Shown here one piece after another: positions 47,449-57,391 of a DNA stretch of 64,000 bases. Below the pieces are notes generated by a model, which was not told where the DNA came from, searched no databases, and saw only the letters and a program-made list of their open reading frames with translations. A program made the translations under genes and the position numbers. Origin of the DNA: a virus (lineage: Duplodnaviria; Caudoviricetes); IMG/VR virus record IMGVR_UViG_3300017821_000056, positions 32,001 through 96,000 of that record. One strand, 5' to 3'. Numbering within the stretch: the first letter of the stretch is position 1; each line of letters opens with the position of its first letter.

Positions 47449-47507
47449 CGGAAAGTAGTTGCGCTAACTGCTGACTGTAACTTAGCGTGCGTCCGAGAGG
47501 GTGACCG

Positions 47508-50500
47508 ATGCCCTCAGTGACGTTTACGTCCAGCGGCACATGGACCTCCGTCGCCACCTCGGTTGACTGCCAGGCCTGGGGCGAGGGCGGCAAAGGGGCC
47601 AGCGGCGTATCCGGCAGCAGCGGCCACGGCGGAGGCGGAGGCGGCGGCGGCGCCTACGCTGAGGAAACCGCCCTCGCCGTCACGAACGGCAGCAACTACA
47701 CCTACACGATCGGCGCCGGCGGCACCGCGACCAACACTGTCTTCCCCGGAGACAGCGTTACCGTCACCGCTAAATTCGGGGCGTCCACCACCACGCAGAG
47801 CGGCGCCGCCGGCGGCGCGGCCGGTTCCAACGGCATCGCGTTCGCGGGAGGCGCTGGTGCCGCCGGGCAGTCCGGGACGGGCTCCAAGGAGGGCGGCGGC
47901 GGCGGCGGCGCAGCAGGAGCCAGCGGCGCCGGCGGCAATGCGCCCGGGCCCGCTGGCGGGACCGGGACCGGGGGCGGCGGCAGCGGAGGTGCCGGCGGGG
48001 GGACCGGCGGCACGGGAACCGTCCCTGGCGGCGGCGGCGGAGGCGGCGGGAAAGCTAACACCTTCTCCGACCCCGGCGGCAACGGCGCCGGCGGGCAGAT
48101 CACCCTCATCTACACCTCCTCGGTCAGCGGCACCGCGACCCTCGCCGGCGCGGGCACGCTCACGGCGGCGGGCACGTCCGCCACGCCCGGCAGCCCGGTC
48201 GTCCCGCAGCAGAACCCGGGCGCGACGTGGCTGCGCCGGTTCGGCGGCTACCGGAACATCAGGCTCCCGTGGAACCAGCTGCAGACCATCGCGGGCACCG
48301 CCACGCTGGCCGGCGCCGGCACCCTGGCGGCGTTCGGGTCAGCCCCCGCGCCTGCCGTGGTCAACCAGTGGGCGAACTCCTACGGCCAGGGCACCGCCTT
48401 CACCAGCATCACCTCGGCCCTGCAGTCCTGCGTCGTGCCGCTGACGCCCGCCTACTCCGCAGGCCCCGGGTCGGGGTACCCGACGGCGGGGAACTGGCTG
48501 TTCGCCATCGCCTCCTGGACGCAGGACCCGCAGATCATCAACGTCCATGTCGGGACCGGGGACGACATCCACTCATACTGGCGGGAATACCCGGCCGCCG
48601 GATCCGGCGGGTACACCCGCACCGCCATCTCCTACACCCCGAACATCGCCCGCCAGGTCGGCAACGTGTACGTCGCGCCGGACATGGAGATCGCGGCGAT
48701 CAACGTCCTGGTCGTGGAGGTCGCCGGCCTCGGCCAGTGGGACACCGTAGTCGGCACGGACATCGCCTACGACGCGGCGTCCACGTCGATCTCCCTGTCC
48801 CAGGCTGCCGGGGCGCAGGCGACGTTCTTCATCGGCGCCGTCGGCGGGGACAACGCGTCCTCCGGGCAGGCGTTCCTGCCGTCCGGGTGGATGGGCCTGG
48901 CGACCCAGACCCAGACCAACGGGGCCAATAACCTCGCGGACAACATCCTCACCGCCGCCTACCTGCCGTCCTCCAATTCCGCGCAGAACGTCTCCGGGTC
49001 GGCGGTGACGGCGGAGAACCTGTCCGGGTTCATGCTCGCCGTCCTGGTCTCCGGGAACAGCCCCATCCCCGCCGGGCACAACCCGGACTGGCCGTACGTC
49101 ATCTTCGAAGCCGGGTTCGGCGCCGGGTACAACACCCCGGACTCGCAGGTCACCTGGACCGACATCACCCAGAACCTGTGGGACTGGAACGAGACCACCG
49201 GGATCCAGTACCAGCTCGGGCAGCTGCAGGCGACCAACCTGACCATGCACCTGGACGACCTCAGCGGCTACCTGATCCCCTCCAACGCCAGTTCGCCGTA
49301 CTACCCGGATGTCCAGCCGGGGACTCCGGTGAGGATCCGGGCCGCGCTCGGCACGATGGCGGGAGTCAGCTACAACCGCTGGTACATCATCCAGCGGAAC
49401 GCCACCCAGTGGGGCGAGGGGATCGACGAGGTCTTCCGCCGCTACTGCCCTGTCTCGGGAACCGACCTGTGGGCGGCGCTGTCCTCGACCCCGCCGACGT
49501 TCTACCGGTCGGAGATCTACGAGGACAAGCCGTACGCGTGGTGGCCGTGCGATGACCAGCCGGGGACGGCGGGCGTGCTCCCCACTCAGATGCTGAACGC
49601 CGCGATCGGGAATACGAATACGCTGAACATCAAGCTGTCTCCCTCCGGGGGGGTCCTCGAACCGTATTACGCTAAAAACGGGGCGGATACTTCTCACGCC
49701 ACCGTCGGGGGCTCTGGTGCCGCCGCCAACACCAGCAGTGCTTATCCGCCGGGTATCGCCGTTTACGCGGTCGGCGCGGATGCCGGATGGATGCCGGGAG
49801 ATCCGCAGAGTTCTGTCGCGTCCCTGGGTACCGGGAACCCGGTCACGTCTACTCCCGGGTCTGCCGCGTGGCAGGCATCCGGGCAGGCTGGGAACACTGG
49901 TTCATTCGGCTGGTACCTGATCTGCAATGATAACAGCTTCCCGGCGCTATCGGGCGGCGTCACGGTCGAGATCTGGTTTAATGCGGCATATTACCTGACC
50001 AGCGCCGGATGGTCAGTCGGCGTCCCGATCGGGCAGCCCGGCGGTGAATCAGAGTATCCTATTACCGCACAGCCGTATAATTCTCCCATAACTATATGGG
50101 AGATCGCGACTAACTCCGCGCCGACCTGCCTTCTCCAGCTGGATACATCCGGGCACCTGAATCTCATCACGGCAGGCACCAGTCACAGTATTTACACCGC
50201 CTCGGATCTGCGCAGCAATTCCTGGCATATGGTCACGGTCACGCTGACGACGACCGCATGGCAGGTTTGGCTGGATGGCGGGGCGAACGCCAACGTCTCG
50301 GGAACCGCATCGATGGCTTCCGCGTGGACATATTTCATCGCCAACGGCGACTTCGGTTCGTCGGGGGGCGGCAGTCCCGCGTCACTGGTACACGGCGGGA
50401 ACATCTCACTGTCCCATATCGCGATCTACCCGTGCGTGCTCCCGTATTACCGGGTACTGGATCATTACTGGGCGGCTATCACCGCGTTCGGGCAGCTGGC

Positions 50501-51770
50501 TGCGCCTACCGGGGTTCAGGTAGCCTGGGTTGAGGGAGTGTACCCGGCTACCGGCGCAGGGCAGAGCGCGCTGCAATCGGGCGAGTTCGTCCCGGACGGT
50601 TCCCTCGGGGGTCCCAACATCCCGCTGGGCGGCGGCATCCTGGGCGCGGGCGGCTATAACGCCTCTTCGGGTACCGGCATCTCCGTCGTGGTGACAGCTG
50701 CGGCTCCCGGGATCACGTCAGGTCCTTCCGCGTGGCTCACCAGCGCGACCTCTTATGCGGCGATAGCGGGTGCCGATACGCCCCTTAATAACGTTTTCCC
50801 GTGGGTCTCCTGGTCCGGGGTGGCTCCTCTTTTCAATGTTTACACCAGTATTAATCTCGGCTCTGAGACGCAGGCCGCCGTGGTCTGCGGGAACGGGGAT
50901 TCATTCAGCGGGGGTTACGGGGGGAGTGCTACAGGGAACGGCTTCTCGCAGGTATCCGGGGGAAACGGGTCCGTCCCGCCTGTGGCCGCCTCCGCGATCG
51001 GGGACACCGTGGGGCAGCGGATCGAGCGGCTGATGCGCGGCGGCCGGTGCACGTCCCCGAACCGGTGCATCGACCCCGCCCCCCTCCTGGTGCAGGCACC
51101 CGGGGTGAACGGCGGCGGGCAGCAGGTCGGCGCGGAGATCCAGGCGATCCAGCAGTCCGACGGCGGCATGCTGTACATCGACAACTGCAACCACCTCACC
51201 TACTGGCAGCGCCCCCACCTAGCATCCCAGTACTCCTCCCCGGTGTGGAACATCGGCCCCACCACCTCGGCGGGCAGGATCCCGTACTACAAGGACATCG
51301 AGTGGGTCACCGACCCGCAGCGGGTCTGGAACGTGATCACCATCACCCCGCTGTCCCCCACCGGGGCGGCCCTGCCGGAGATCACCCCGAGCAGCGCCTC
51401 GGCGGTGAACTCCTCGCAGATCCGGTACGGGGCGCAGCCGCTGGCGATCACCTCCTACCTGCAATCCACGGCGGAGATGCAGAACCAGGCGGACTGGCTG
51501 CTGTCGAACTTCGGGACCCCGCAGCGGCACGCGGAGAACGTGAAGATCGACGCCGCAGCCTACCCGCAGGCATGGGAACTGGTCCTGGGGGTCAACGTGG
51601 GTGACCTGATCACGCTCGAAGATTGGGAGATCGGCGGCGGCGGATCGGTGCAGACGTACCGGGTGACCGAGATCCAGCGGCACATCACCATGGGGTTCGG
51701 GGACAACCCGGCGACGACAGGCAGCGTGACGCTCACGCTCGATGCGGAGCCCAGTAGTTACTGGGCGTAG
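47508..51770 (+). CDS. large minor tail/tip protein (Gly-rich N-domain, LamG-like domain, hub domain)
   Basis: GGGGGGGAYAE; WTDIT; PYAWWPCDD; WHMVTVT...VWLDG...SHIAIY. Confidence 0.85.
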   Translation: MPSVTFTSSGTWTSVATSVDCQAWGEGGKGASGVSGSSGHGGGGGGGGAYAEETALAVTNGSNYTYTIGAGGTATNTVFPGDSVTVTAKFGASTTTQSGAAGGAAGSNGIAFAGGAGAAGQSGTGSKEGGGGGGAAGASGAGGNAPGPAGGTGTGGGGSGGAGGGTGGTGTVPGGGGGGGGKANTFSDPGGNGAGGQITLIYTSSVSGTATLAGAGTLTAAGTSATPGSPVVPQQNPGATWLRRFGGYRNIRLPWNQLQTIAGTATLAGAGTLAAFGSAPAPAVVNQWANSYGQGTAFTSITSALQSCVVPLTPAYSAGPGSGYPTAGNWLFAIASWTQDPQIINVHVGTGDDIHSYWREYPAAGSGGYTRTAISYTPNIARQVGNVYVAPDMEIAAINVLVVEVAGLGQWDTVVGTDIAYDAASTSISLSQAAGAQATFFIGAVGGDNASSGQAFLPSGWMGLATQTQTNGANNLADNILTAAYLPSSNSAQNVSGSAVTAENLSGFMLAVLVSGNSPIPAGHNPDWPYVIFEAGFGAGYNTPDSQVTWTDITQNLWDWNETTGIQYQLGQLQATNLTMHLDDLSGYLIPSNASSPYYPDVQPGTPVRIRAALGTMAGVSYNRWYIIQRNATQWGEGIDEVFRRYCPVSGTDLWAALSSTPPTFYRSEIYEDKPYAWWPCDDQPGTAGVLPTQMLNAAIGNTNTLNIKLSPSGGVLEPYYAKNGADTSHATVGGSGAAANTSSAYPPGIAVYAVGADAGWMPGDPQSSVASLGTGNPVTSTPGSAAWQASGQAGNTGSFGWYLICNDNSFPALSGGVTVEIWFNAAYYLTSAGWSVGVPIGQPGGESEYPITAQPYNSPITIWEIATNSAPTCLLQLDTSGHLNLITAGTSHSIYTASDLRSNSWHMVTVTLTTTAWQVWLDGGANANVSGTASMASAWTYFIANGDFGSSGGGSPASLVHGGNISLSHIAIYPCVLPYYRVLDHYWAAITAFGQLAAPTGVQVAWVEGVYPATGAGQSALQSGEFVPDGSLGGPNIPLGGGILGAGGYNASSGTGISVVVTAAAPGITSGPSAWLTSATSYAAIAGADTPLNNVFPWVSWSGVAPLFNVYTSINLGSETQAAVVCGNGDSFSGGYGGSATGNGFSQVSGGNGSVPPVAASAIGDTVGQRIERLMRGGRCTSPNRCIDPAPLLVQAPGVNGGGQQVGAEIQAIQQSDGGMLYIDNCNHLTYWQRPHLASQYSSPVWNIGPTTSAGRIPYYKDIEWVTDPQRVWNVITITPLSPTGAALPEITPSSASAVNSSQIRYGAQPLAITSYLQSTAEMQNQADWLLSNFGTPQRHAENVKIDAAAYPQAWELVLGVNVGDLITLEDWEIGGGGSVQTYRVTEIQRHITMGFGDNPATTGSVTLTLDAEPSSYWA

Positions 51771-51799
51771 CCAGTATATTACGTTGCGTTGAGGTGAGC

Positions 51800-52192
51800 A
51801 TGCGCGTATTCGACTGTGTGATCCTCGCCCACTGGGGCGAGATGGGCCTGCTGGAGAAACGGTTCCGCGCCTGCGAGAGCAACCCCGATGTCACCCACGT
51901 GATCTGCGAGGCCCTGGCCGGCCCTGACGGGAACCCGAAACCGGCCGTCTTCACCGGCAGCGACCTGGCGGCCCGGTGGCACGGCAGGTGGAACCACGTC
52001 AAAGTGGAAGCCGGCGAGATAACCGGGCGGACCCGGGAGGAACGCGAGGACTGCCTCCGCGAGTACCTGCTGCACGGGTTCACCGGGGACCCGGATGATC
52101 TCGTCATGTTCAGCGACATCAGGGACATCCCCGCGATGCCCGGCGGCAGGCCGAGGAGCAGCATCACGAAGATGGCGGACCTGGCCTCCTGA
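51800..52192 (+). CDS. truncated GT17-like glycosyltransferase
   Basis: VFDC...E..LL..R...VICEA...GNPKP...RE..R...DDLVMFSDIRDIP. Confidence 0.6.
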   Translation: MRVFDCVILAHWGEMGLLEKRFRACESNPDVTHVICEALAGPDGNPKPAVFTGSDLAARWHGRWNHVKVEAGEITGRTREEREDCLREYLLHGFTGDPDDLVMFSDIRDIPAMPGGRPRSSITKMADLAS

Positions 52193-52233
52193 CACGGAGG
52201 GGCGCGCGGCGGCGCGGTAAAGGGGGATCGCGT

Positions 52234-52488
52234 GTGCCGGATTCCGCCCTGCTGTCGATCCTGTCCTCGGCAGGCGTTGCGGGCGTGTTCTGCGTCCTTT
52301 TCATCGCCGGGTTCATCTTCCCCAAGTCCGTCCTCACCGATAAGAACGCCGAGATCTCCGAGCTCAAGGAGGCGCTGCAGGCCGAGCGGGAACGGGCCAA
52401 CACCGCGGTCGCGGCGGCGTCGGCGACCAGGGACATCCTGGCCGCCATCCAGATCGGCCAGAACCTGAAGACCGGATCAGGCCCGTGA
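52234..52488 (+). CDS. membrane protein with coiled coil (holin/lysis-associated)
   Basis: TM span then heptads; lysis region. Confidence 0.65.
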   Translation: MPDSALLSILSSAGVAGVFCVLFIAGFIFPKSVLTDKNAEISELKEALQAERERANTAVAAASATRDILAAIQIGQNLKTGSGP

Positions 52489-52709
52489 GGTGGCTCAGGA
52501 AGGCGGCAGCCGTGCTCCTCCCCTGGGCGTCCCGCCAGCAGCGGCAGGAGGCCATCAGCGATGCCCGCCGGGAGAAGGAGCGGTCCCGGTCCAGTGCCGC
52601 CCGCGCGGCCATGATCGAGCGGGACATCGAGCGGATGGCGTCGGTGAATCATTTCGCGGCGGCGATAGCGGAGACGATCACGCAGCGGCATCACCGGGAC
52701 GGGGGCTGA
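52485..52709 (+). CDS. small lysis-cassette protein
   Basis: NHFAAAI C-terminal motif; GTGA overlap. Confidence 0.65.
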   Translation: MRWLRKAAAVLLPWASRQQRQEAISDARREKERSRSSAARAAMIERDIERMASVNHFAAAIAETITQRHHRDGG

Positions 52710-52715
52710 TCTGCG

Positions 52716-53135
52716 GTGCTCAAGCAGGTGACGTGGCGGTCCTCGGTGCTGGTGCCCGGTGTCCTGTTCGCCGTCTACATCGTGCTCGGGCTGACCTGGA
52801 CACCCCGCGGCAGCGCCCTGGAATGGATCTTCAAGGCCGGCACGCTCGGGGCATCGTTCGCCCCGCTGTTGCTCGCAGGAATCTACACGGTCACCGGGAA
52901 CGCCTGGTGGAGGACGGATGTAGGCGCGGCGCTGGTGCAGCTCGCCCTGAGCATCGTCATCATCGCCGGCCCGCTGGCCTGGGCCTCATGGCTGGATGGG
53001 GGGTCCATCACCGGGGGCATGGTGGCCTGGATGGAGATAGCCGGGCCGGTGCTGGTGACCCTGGCGATCCTGCGGCTGTGCTACGTCTTCATGCGCATCT
53101 ACCGGGCCGGGGACGATCACGGCGAGGAGCCGTGA
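52716..53135 (+). CDS. 4-TM putative holin
   Basis: Four hydrophobic spans, WWRTDVG. Confidence 0.65.
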   Translation: MLKQVTWRSSVLVPGVLFAVYIVLGLTWTPRGSALEWIFKAGTLGASFAPLLLAGIYTVTGNAWWRTDVGAALVQLALSIVIIAGPLAWASWLDGGSITGGMVAWMEIAGPVLVTLAILRLCYVFMRIYRAGDDHGEEP

Positions 53136-53139
53136 CCCG

Positions 53140-53274
53140 GTGCCCCTCCTCCCCGCCGTCGCGGCCCTGACTACAGCCCTGGCCCTCGACATCACGGGGA
53201 GCGGGCTGAGCCGCCCGTTTCATGGCGGCCGGGCTGGTGCTCCTCCTCCTCGCCGCGGTCTTCCCCCGCCGTGA
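53140..53274 (+). CDS. small membrane protein with apparent compensating frameshifts
   Basis: MPLLPAVAALTTALALD; second TM MAAGLVLLLLAAVF lies in +1 frame. Confidence 0.4.
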   Translation: MPLLPAVAALTTALALDITGSGLSRPFHGGRAGAPPPRRGLPPP

Positions 53275-53468
53275 GCGCCCTCCGGGCCGACGTGTGGGCC
53301 GACCTGATCGCCTGGGCGGCGACGTCCGGGCCGGTGTTCGTCCTCCACCACCTGCTCCTGAAACGGCATGTGACCAGGATCACCAGGAGCCAGACCGGCC
53401 ACATCGACCGGCTGACCGCCGAGCAGACGGCTGCCCTTACTCAGCAGCGAGAGGAAGGGATGCCGTGA
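53271..53468 (+). CDS. small membrane protein
   Basis: GTGA overlaps on both ends. Confidence 0.6.
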   Translation: MSALRADVWADLIAWAATSGPVFVLHHLLLKRHVTRITRSQTGHIDRLTAEQTAALTQQREEGMP

Positions 53469-53986
53469 GCGAGCATCCGCACTTCGGCTTCACGAAGCAC
53501 GGGCTGGCGGTCCATGCCCGCACCGCCGACCATCACCCGGCCGGGACCGCCTACCAGCGGCTGAACAAGAAGGTCGCGCTCGCCCTGACCGCCGGGGTCG
53601 GGACGATGACCTGCTTCTGGCTGTTCTGCTGCCTGTCGCTGTGCTCGCTGCCGTCCGTGCTGTCAGCGTTCGCGCCGTTCGCTCACACGTTCCCCGCGTG
53701 GATGGTCAAGGCCAGCATCATCGCCCTGGTCGCGTGGATCGCCCAGACATTCTTCCAGCTTGTTTTGCTCCCGGCCCTGATGGTGGGCCAGAACTTGCAG
53801 AACGAGGCGGCTGACGCGCGGGCCGCCAAGACGTTCTAGGACGTAGAAAGCGTCAAGGCGGACCTGATCACGGCCCTGGACCGGCTGGACGTCACCACCG
53901 ATGGGGGCCTGAAGGCCATCCTCGACGCGGTGAACGCGCTGGGCGCACGCTCCGCTAGCAGTTCACCAGGGCCGGGCTCTGGTTGA
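53465..53986 (+). pseudogene. DUF1003-like membrane protein with in-frame TAG at 53837
   Basis: VGTMTCFW...QLVLLPALMVGQN..AADARAAKTF*DVE; coding-like sequence continues past TAG. Confidence 0.65.
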
Positions 53987-54341
53987 GGATCTGCGCCCGC
54001 GTGCTGGTGAACTCGGCGTACTCCCCGTCCGCGTCCGGGTCGAAAACGGCCAGTGCGTGGCAGTTCTGGAACGCCAGCCAGACACCGAAATGCCGTCCCG
54101 CCGCCGCCCTCATCGCATCGCTGGCCACGAAGCGCAGGAGCTGGCCGCGGGCGTCCTCGTCCGGCGGGGCGATCTGATTCACCGCAGACGGTCCCCCGCT
54201 GGCCCGCAGCACGTTAACCAGGCCGGTCACCACGCTCCAGGCATAGGGCAGCGATGAGGCAATGCAGGCGGTGAACGAGGCATCATCCACCTCGCCACGC
54301 TCGGCCTGCTCCAGCAGTCCGGGGGAAACGGTCAGCGACAT
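53955..54341 (-). CDS. SCO5389-family conserved actinobacterial protein
   Basis: MSL.VSP.LLEQAERGEV...SLPYAW...RGQLLR...LAFQNCH...NQSP. Confidence 0.8.
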   Translation of the reverse strand: MSLTVSPGLLEQAERGEVDDASFTACIASSLPYAWSVVTGLVNVLRASGGPSAVNQIAPPDEDARGQLLRFVASDAMRAAAGRHFGVWLAFQNCHALAVFDPDADGEYAEFTSTRAQILNQSPALVNC

Positions 54342-54410
54342 GCCTGCGTCCTTTCTTCGGTGAGCTATACGAGAACGGTTCTCAATAAGCTAGCAGGGAG
54401 GCCGCGCGGG

Positions 54411-55163
54411 GTGGGCAACATCATCATGTTCGACGCAACGGACGTCGGCCAGATACCCGCCGGGCCCGCAGCGGTCGCCGGTTACGTCGATGGCCGGTGG
54501 GTAACAGCCCCGGTGCTGGCACACCGGTTCCCGCACGCCCGGCTCCTCACCATCGCCACCAGCCCCGCCCATGACGCGGACTGCCTGGACATCGAAGGCG
54601 GAGACGCGGCCCCCGCCGACGCGGCAGGCTGGTTCACCCGGCAGCGAGGAAGAGGAGCCGCCCGGCCCTGCCTTTATGCCTCGGTCGGGCTGATGCAGGC
54701 CGAGGTGATCCCCGTCCTGCAGGCGGCGTCGATCGAGAGGCCGCTCGTACGGCTGTGGACGGCTCACTATGCGGGGCTTCATGTCTGCGCGCACGACACG
54801 TGCGGGGAGCTGTCCATCCCTGCGGACGGAACCCAGTGGACCGACTTCGCGTTCGGCCGGCCCGTGGACCAGTCCCTTCTCCTCGCTGATTTCTTTGACA
54901 CCCCGCCCGCCCCCAAGCCTGATCCGGTGCCCGCCTGGCAGGAGGCCATGATGCAAGCGCTCCCGGTAGTCCGGCCCGGTGACACGGGTGACGTGGTGAG
55001 GACAGTGCAGGGGCTGTGCGTCGCCCGAGGCCACCAGATCGCAGTCGACGGCGACTTCGGGAACGCCACACATGAGGCGGTCCTGGCGGTGCAGGCGGCG
55101 GCGCATATCGCCCAGGACGGCACTGTCGGGCCGGAGACCTGGCCGCCACTTGCCGGGGTCTAG
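54411..55163 (+). CDS. endolysin (GH25-like muramidase + peptidoglycan-binding domain)
   Basis: LDIE.GD, PCLYAS, LWTAHY, TQW; GDTGDVVRTVQ...VDGDFG...DGTVGPETW. Confidence 0.85.
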   Translation: MGNIIMFDATDVGQIPAGPAAVAGYVDGRWVTAPVLAHRFPHARLLTIATSPAHDADCLDIEGGDAAPADAAGWFTRQRGRGAARPCLYASVGLMQAEVIPVLQAASIERPLVRLWTAHYAGLHVCAHDTCGELSIPADGTQWTDFAFGRPVDQSLLLADFFDTPPAPKPDPVPAWQEAMMQALPVVRPGDTGDVVRTVQGLCVARGHQIAVDGDFGNATHEAVLAVQAAAHIAQDGTVGPETWPPLAGV

Positions 55164-55171
55164 AGCGTCCC

Positions 55172-55366
55172 GTGAAGTGGGGCGTGGCTGCGGTGTGCAT
55201 TTACGAGGCGGCCTCGATCACGACCGGCAGGACACCGACGATCACCATGCTCTGCGCCCGCCACAGATGGCTTGCCCCGGCCGTGCTGGCGACGCTCGCT
55301 GTTCATCTGTACCGGCAGCCGCGAATGCAGCGGCACAGCAAAAGCCCCCAGGAGGCGCGTGCATGA
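55172..55366 (+). CDS. small membrane protein
   Basis: Hydrophobic; ATGA-coupled to next gene. Confidence 0.6.
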   Translation: MKWGVAAVCIYEAASITTGRTPTITMLCARHRWLAPAVLATLAVHLYRQPRMQRHSKSPQEARA

Positions 55367-56505
55367 TACTGGGATGGCAAGGTAACAGCCCCACTACTAA
55401 CAGTGGCTACGGCAAGATGACTGCCCTGTTCGTCCCCCGCATTGCCGCCCTCGGACATGAGTTCGCCTTCATATCCTCCCCGTACTCGTTCGGCGGATCC
55501 CCGATCGAGTGGAACGGCATCCCGATCCTGGGGACGGCCCGGGACATCGCCGGAAACGACACCATCCTGAGAAACCACGAGTACTTCAAGGCTGACCTCA
55601 CGATTACCCTCGCGGACCCGTTCGGGCTGCTGAGATCCGCGAAGGAACTCGCCCAGATCAATCTGGCGTCCTGGTTCCCGGTGGACACGAGTCCCGTCGG
55701 CTACGGCGACGTGACGTTCCTGCGCGAAAGCGGGACCATCCCCATCGCGATGTCCCTGTTCGGGAAGAATGCCCTTGAGAACGAGGGATGCGAGCCGCTG
55801 CTGGTCCCCCACGGGTTCGACCCGGGCATCTACCATCCCGGCCCCCGCAGCTACCGGGACACGATCCCCGGCGTCACGGATGACACGTTCGTGATCGGGC
55901 TGTGCGCGATGAACCGGGACCCGAACCGGAAGGGGTTCTTCGAGCAGTTCGCGGCGTTCTCCCGGCTCCACGCGAGGCACCCGGACAGCTTCCTGGCGGT
56001 GCACAGTTCCCCCGGCGGCGGCGGGAAGGGCCTGAACCTGCACGGGATGGCGTGCCAGCTGGGGATCTCGGCAGCCGTCGGCTTCCCCGACTCCTACAGC
56101 TACGACCTGGGGCTGATCACCGAGGAGCAGATGGCGGCCTGGTACAACGGGCTGGACGTCCTGTCCTTGTGTTCTTACGGCGAGGGTTTCGGTTTGCCGC
56201 TCATCGAAGCTCAGGCGTGCGGCGTCCCGGTGATCACCACCGACGCCGCGTCGATGACGGAACTGTGCGGGGCCGGGTTCCTCGTCTCGGGGACCCCGTT
56301 CTGGTCAGATGGCCACACCTCCATGTGGACGCGGCCTGACATCTCCGACATCGACGCGGCATACGAGGCGGCGTGGAACGCATGGCAGCAGGGCGCGCTC
56401 CCGTGCAAGCCCGCGGCGGACTTCGCCGCGCAGTTCGCCGCGGACAAGGTGCTCGAGGACTTCTGGAAGCCTGCCCTGGCCGAATTGGAGGAACGGATCG
56501 GATGA
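55363..56505 (+). CDS. GT-B (family 4-like) glycosyltransferase
   Basis: SGYG, VPHGFD, EGFGLPLIEAQACG; paralogue of 39221. Confidence 0.9.
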   Translation: MILGWQGNSPTTNSGYGKMTALFVPRIAALGHEFAFISSPYSFGGSPIEWNGIPILGTARDIAGNDTILRNHEYFKADLTITLADPFGLLRSAKELAQINLASWFPVDTSPVGYGDVTFLRESGTIPIAMSLFGKNALENEGCEPLLVPHGFDPGIYHPGPRSYRDTIPGVTDDTFVIGLCAMNRDPNRKGFFEQFAAFSRLHARHPDSFLAVHSSPGGGGKGLNLHGMACQLGISAAVGFPDSYSYDLGLITEEQMAAWYNGLDVLSLCSYGEGFGLPLIEAQACGVPVITTDAASMTELCGAGFLVSGTPFWSDGHTSMWTRPDISDIDAAYEAAWNAWQQGALPCKPAADFAAQFAADKVLEDFWKPALAELEERIG

Positions 56506-56780
56506 GCATCTGCCCCGGTTTCCGCCCGGTAATGGATGGCAAGCGGGTTGTCTACATGCCTGCTGGCGAAGTCAGTGAGCCGACGCCGGTCATGCAAGGC
56601 TGGTACCGGACCATGCCGGTTCCTGACCAGATGCACTGCACCAACTGCAAGTATGAGTGGATCACGCTTGCCACCTGCCGACCCTGCCTTCCGGGATGCC
56701 CGTGCGCTCCGTTCCATGTGCCCGTGTACCCTGTCCCGCTCCCGGAGACGCTGGCGTCGCTCGAGGAAATGCTCGCCTGA
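56502..56780 (+). CDS. Cys-rich hypothetical protein
   Basis: Coupled overlaps; CTNC. Confidence 0.6.
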   Translation: MSICPGFRPVMDGKRVVYMPAGEVSEPTPVMQGWYRTMPVPDQMHCTNCKYEWITLATCRPCLPGCPCAPFHVPVYPVPLPETLASLEEMLA

Positions 56781-57391
56781 TGCCGCTCGCCCGCACTTAC
56801 GACGCATCCATCGGGAAAGTGGTCACGACCGTTCACGACGCGTTCGCCGACCGGCTCAGCCGCTGGAGTGACATCCAGGAGTATCTTCCGTTCCTGCACG
56901 AGACGGCAGCGTCATACCCGCAGGTCAGGGTCCTGGAACTGGGATCTCGGCGGGGTAATTCGACGCTCGCGTTCCTGGCTGCTGCCCTGACGGTACGCGG
57001 CTCCGTGGTCTCGGCGGACCTGGACCCGGTGGCTGATTATGACGAGGGGATGCGCCGCTGGCGGGACTGCCCCTGGTGGACGTTCGTCCAGGGCGACGAC
57101 ATGGACGAGGCGGTGCAGGCACGTCTCCCCGCACAGTGCGACGTCCTGTTCGTCGACACGTCGCACGAGTACGCGCACACCCTGGCCGAGCTCCGCGCCT
57201 ACATGCCGAGGGTCGTCCCCGGCGGGGTCGCGCTGTTCCATGACACCAGGATCTTCGGCACCTGGTCAGAGCCGGGCGACACGATCCCCCCTGTCGCCAG
57301 GGCGCTGGACGGCTGGTGCGCGGAGGCCGGCCTGTCTTGGGAGAACCTCCCGGGGGAATACGGCCTGGGTGTCGTGAGGGTGCCGGGATGA
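56780..57391 (+). CDS. SAM-dependent O-methyltransferase (Methyltransf_24-like)
   Basis: VLELGSRRGNST, LFVDTSHEY, PGGVALFHD. Confidence 0.9.
   Translation: MPLARTYDASIGKVVTTVHDAFADRLSRWSDIQEYLPFLHETAASYPQVRVLELGSRRGNSTLAFLAAALTVRGSVVSADLDPVADYDEGMRRWRDCPWWTFVQGDDMDEAVQARLPAQCDVLFVDTSHEYAHTLAELRAYMPRVVPGGVALFHDTRIFGTWSEPGDTIPPVARALDGWCAEAGLSWENLPGEYGLGVVRVPG

Noticed and set aside
29197-47455. TACGG(A/C)AAG shared at 29198, 32238 and 47447 as intron or insertion boundary
   Set aside because: Two copies simply run into RBS sequences and no consistent excision product could be built.
53837-53839. Genome-wide TAG reassignment
   Set aside because: TAG terminates many clear genes here (e.g. 20764, 51770, 55163); only one internal case.
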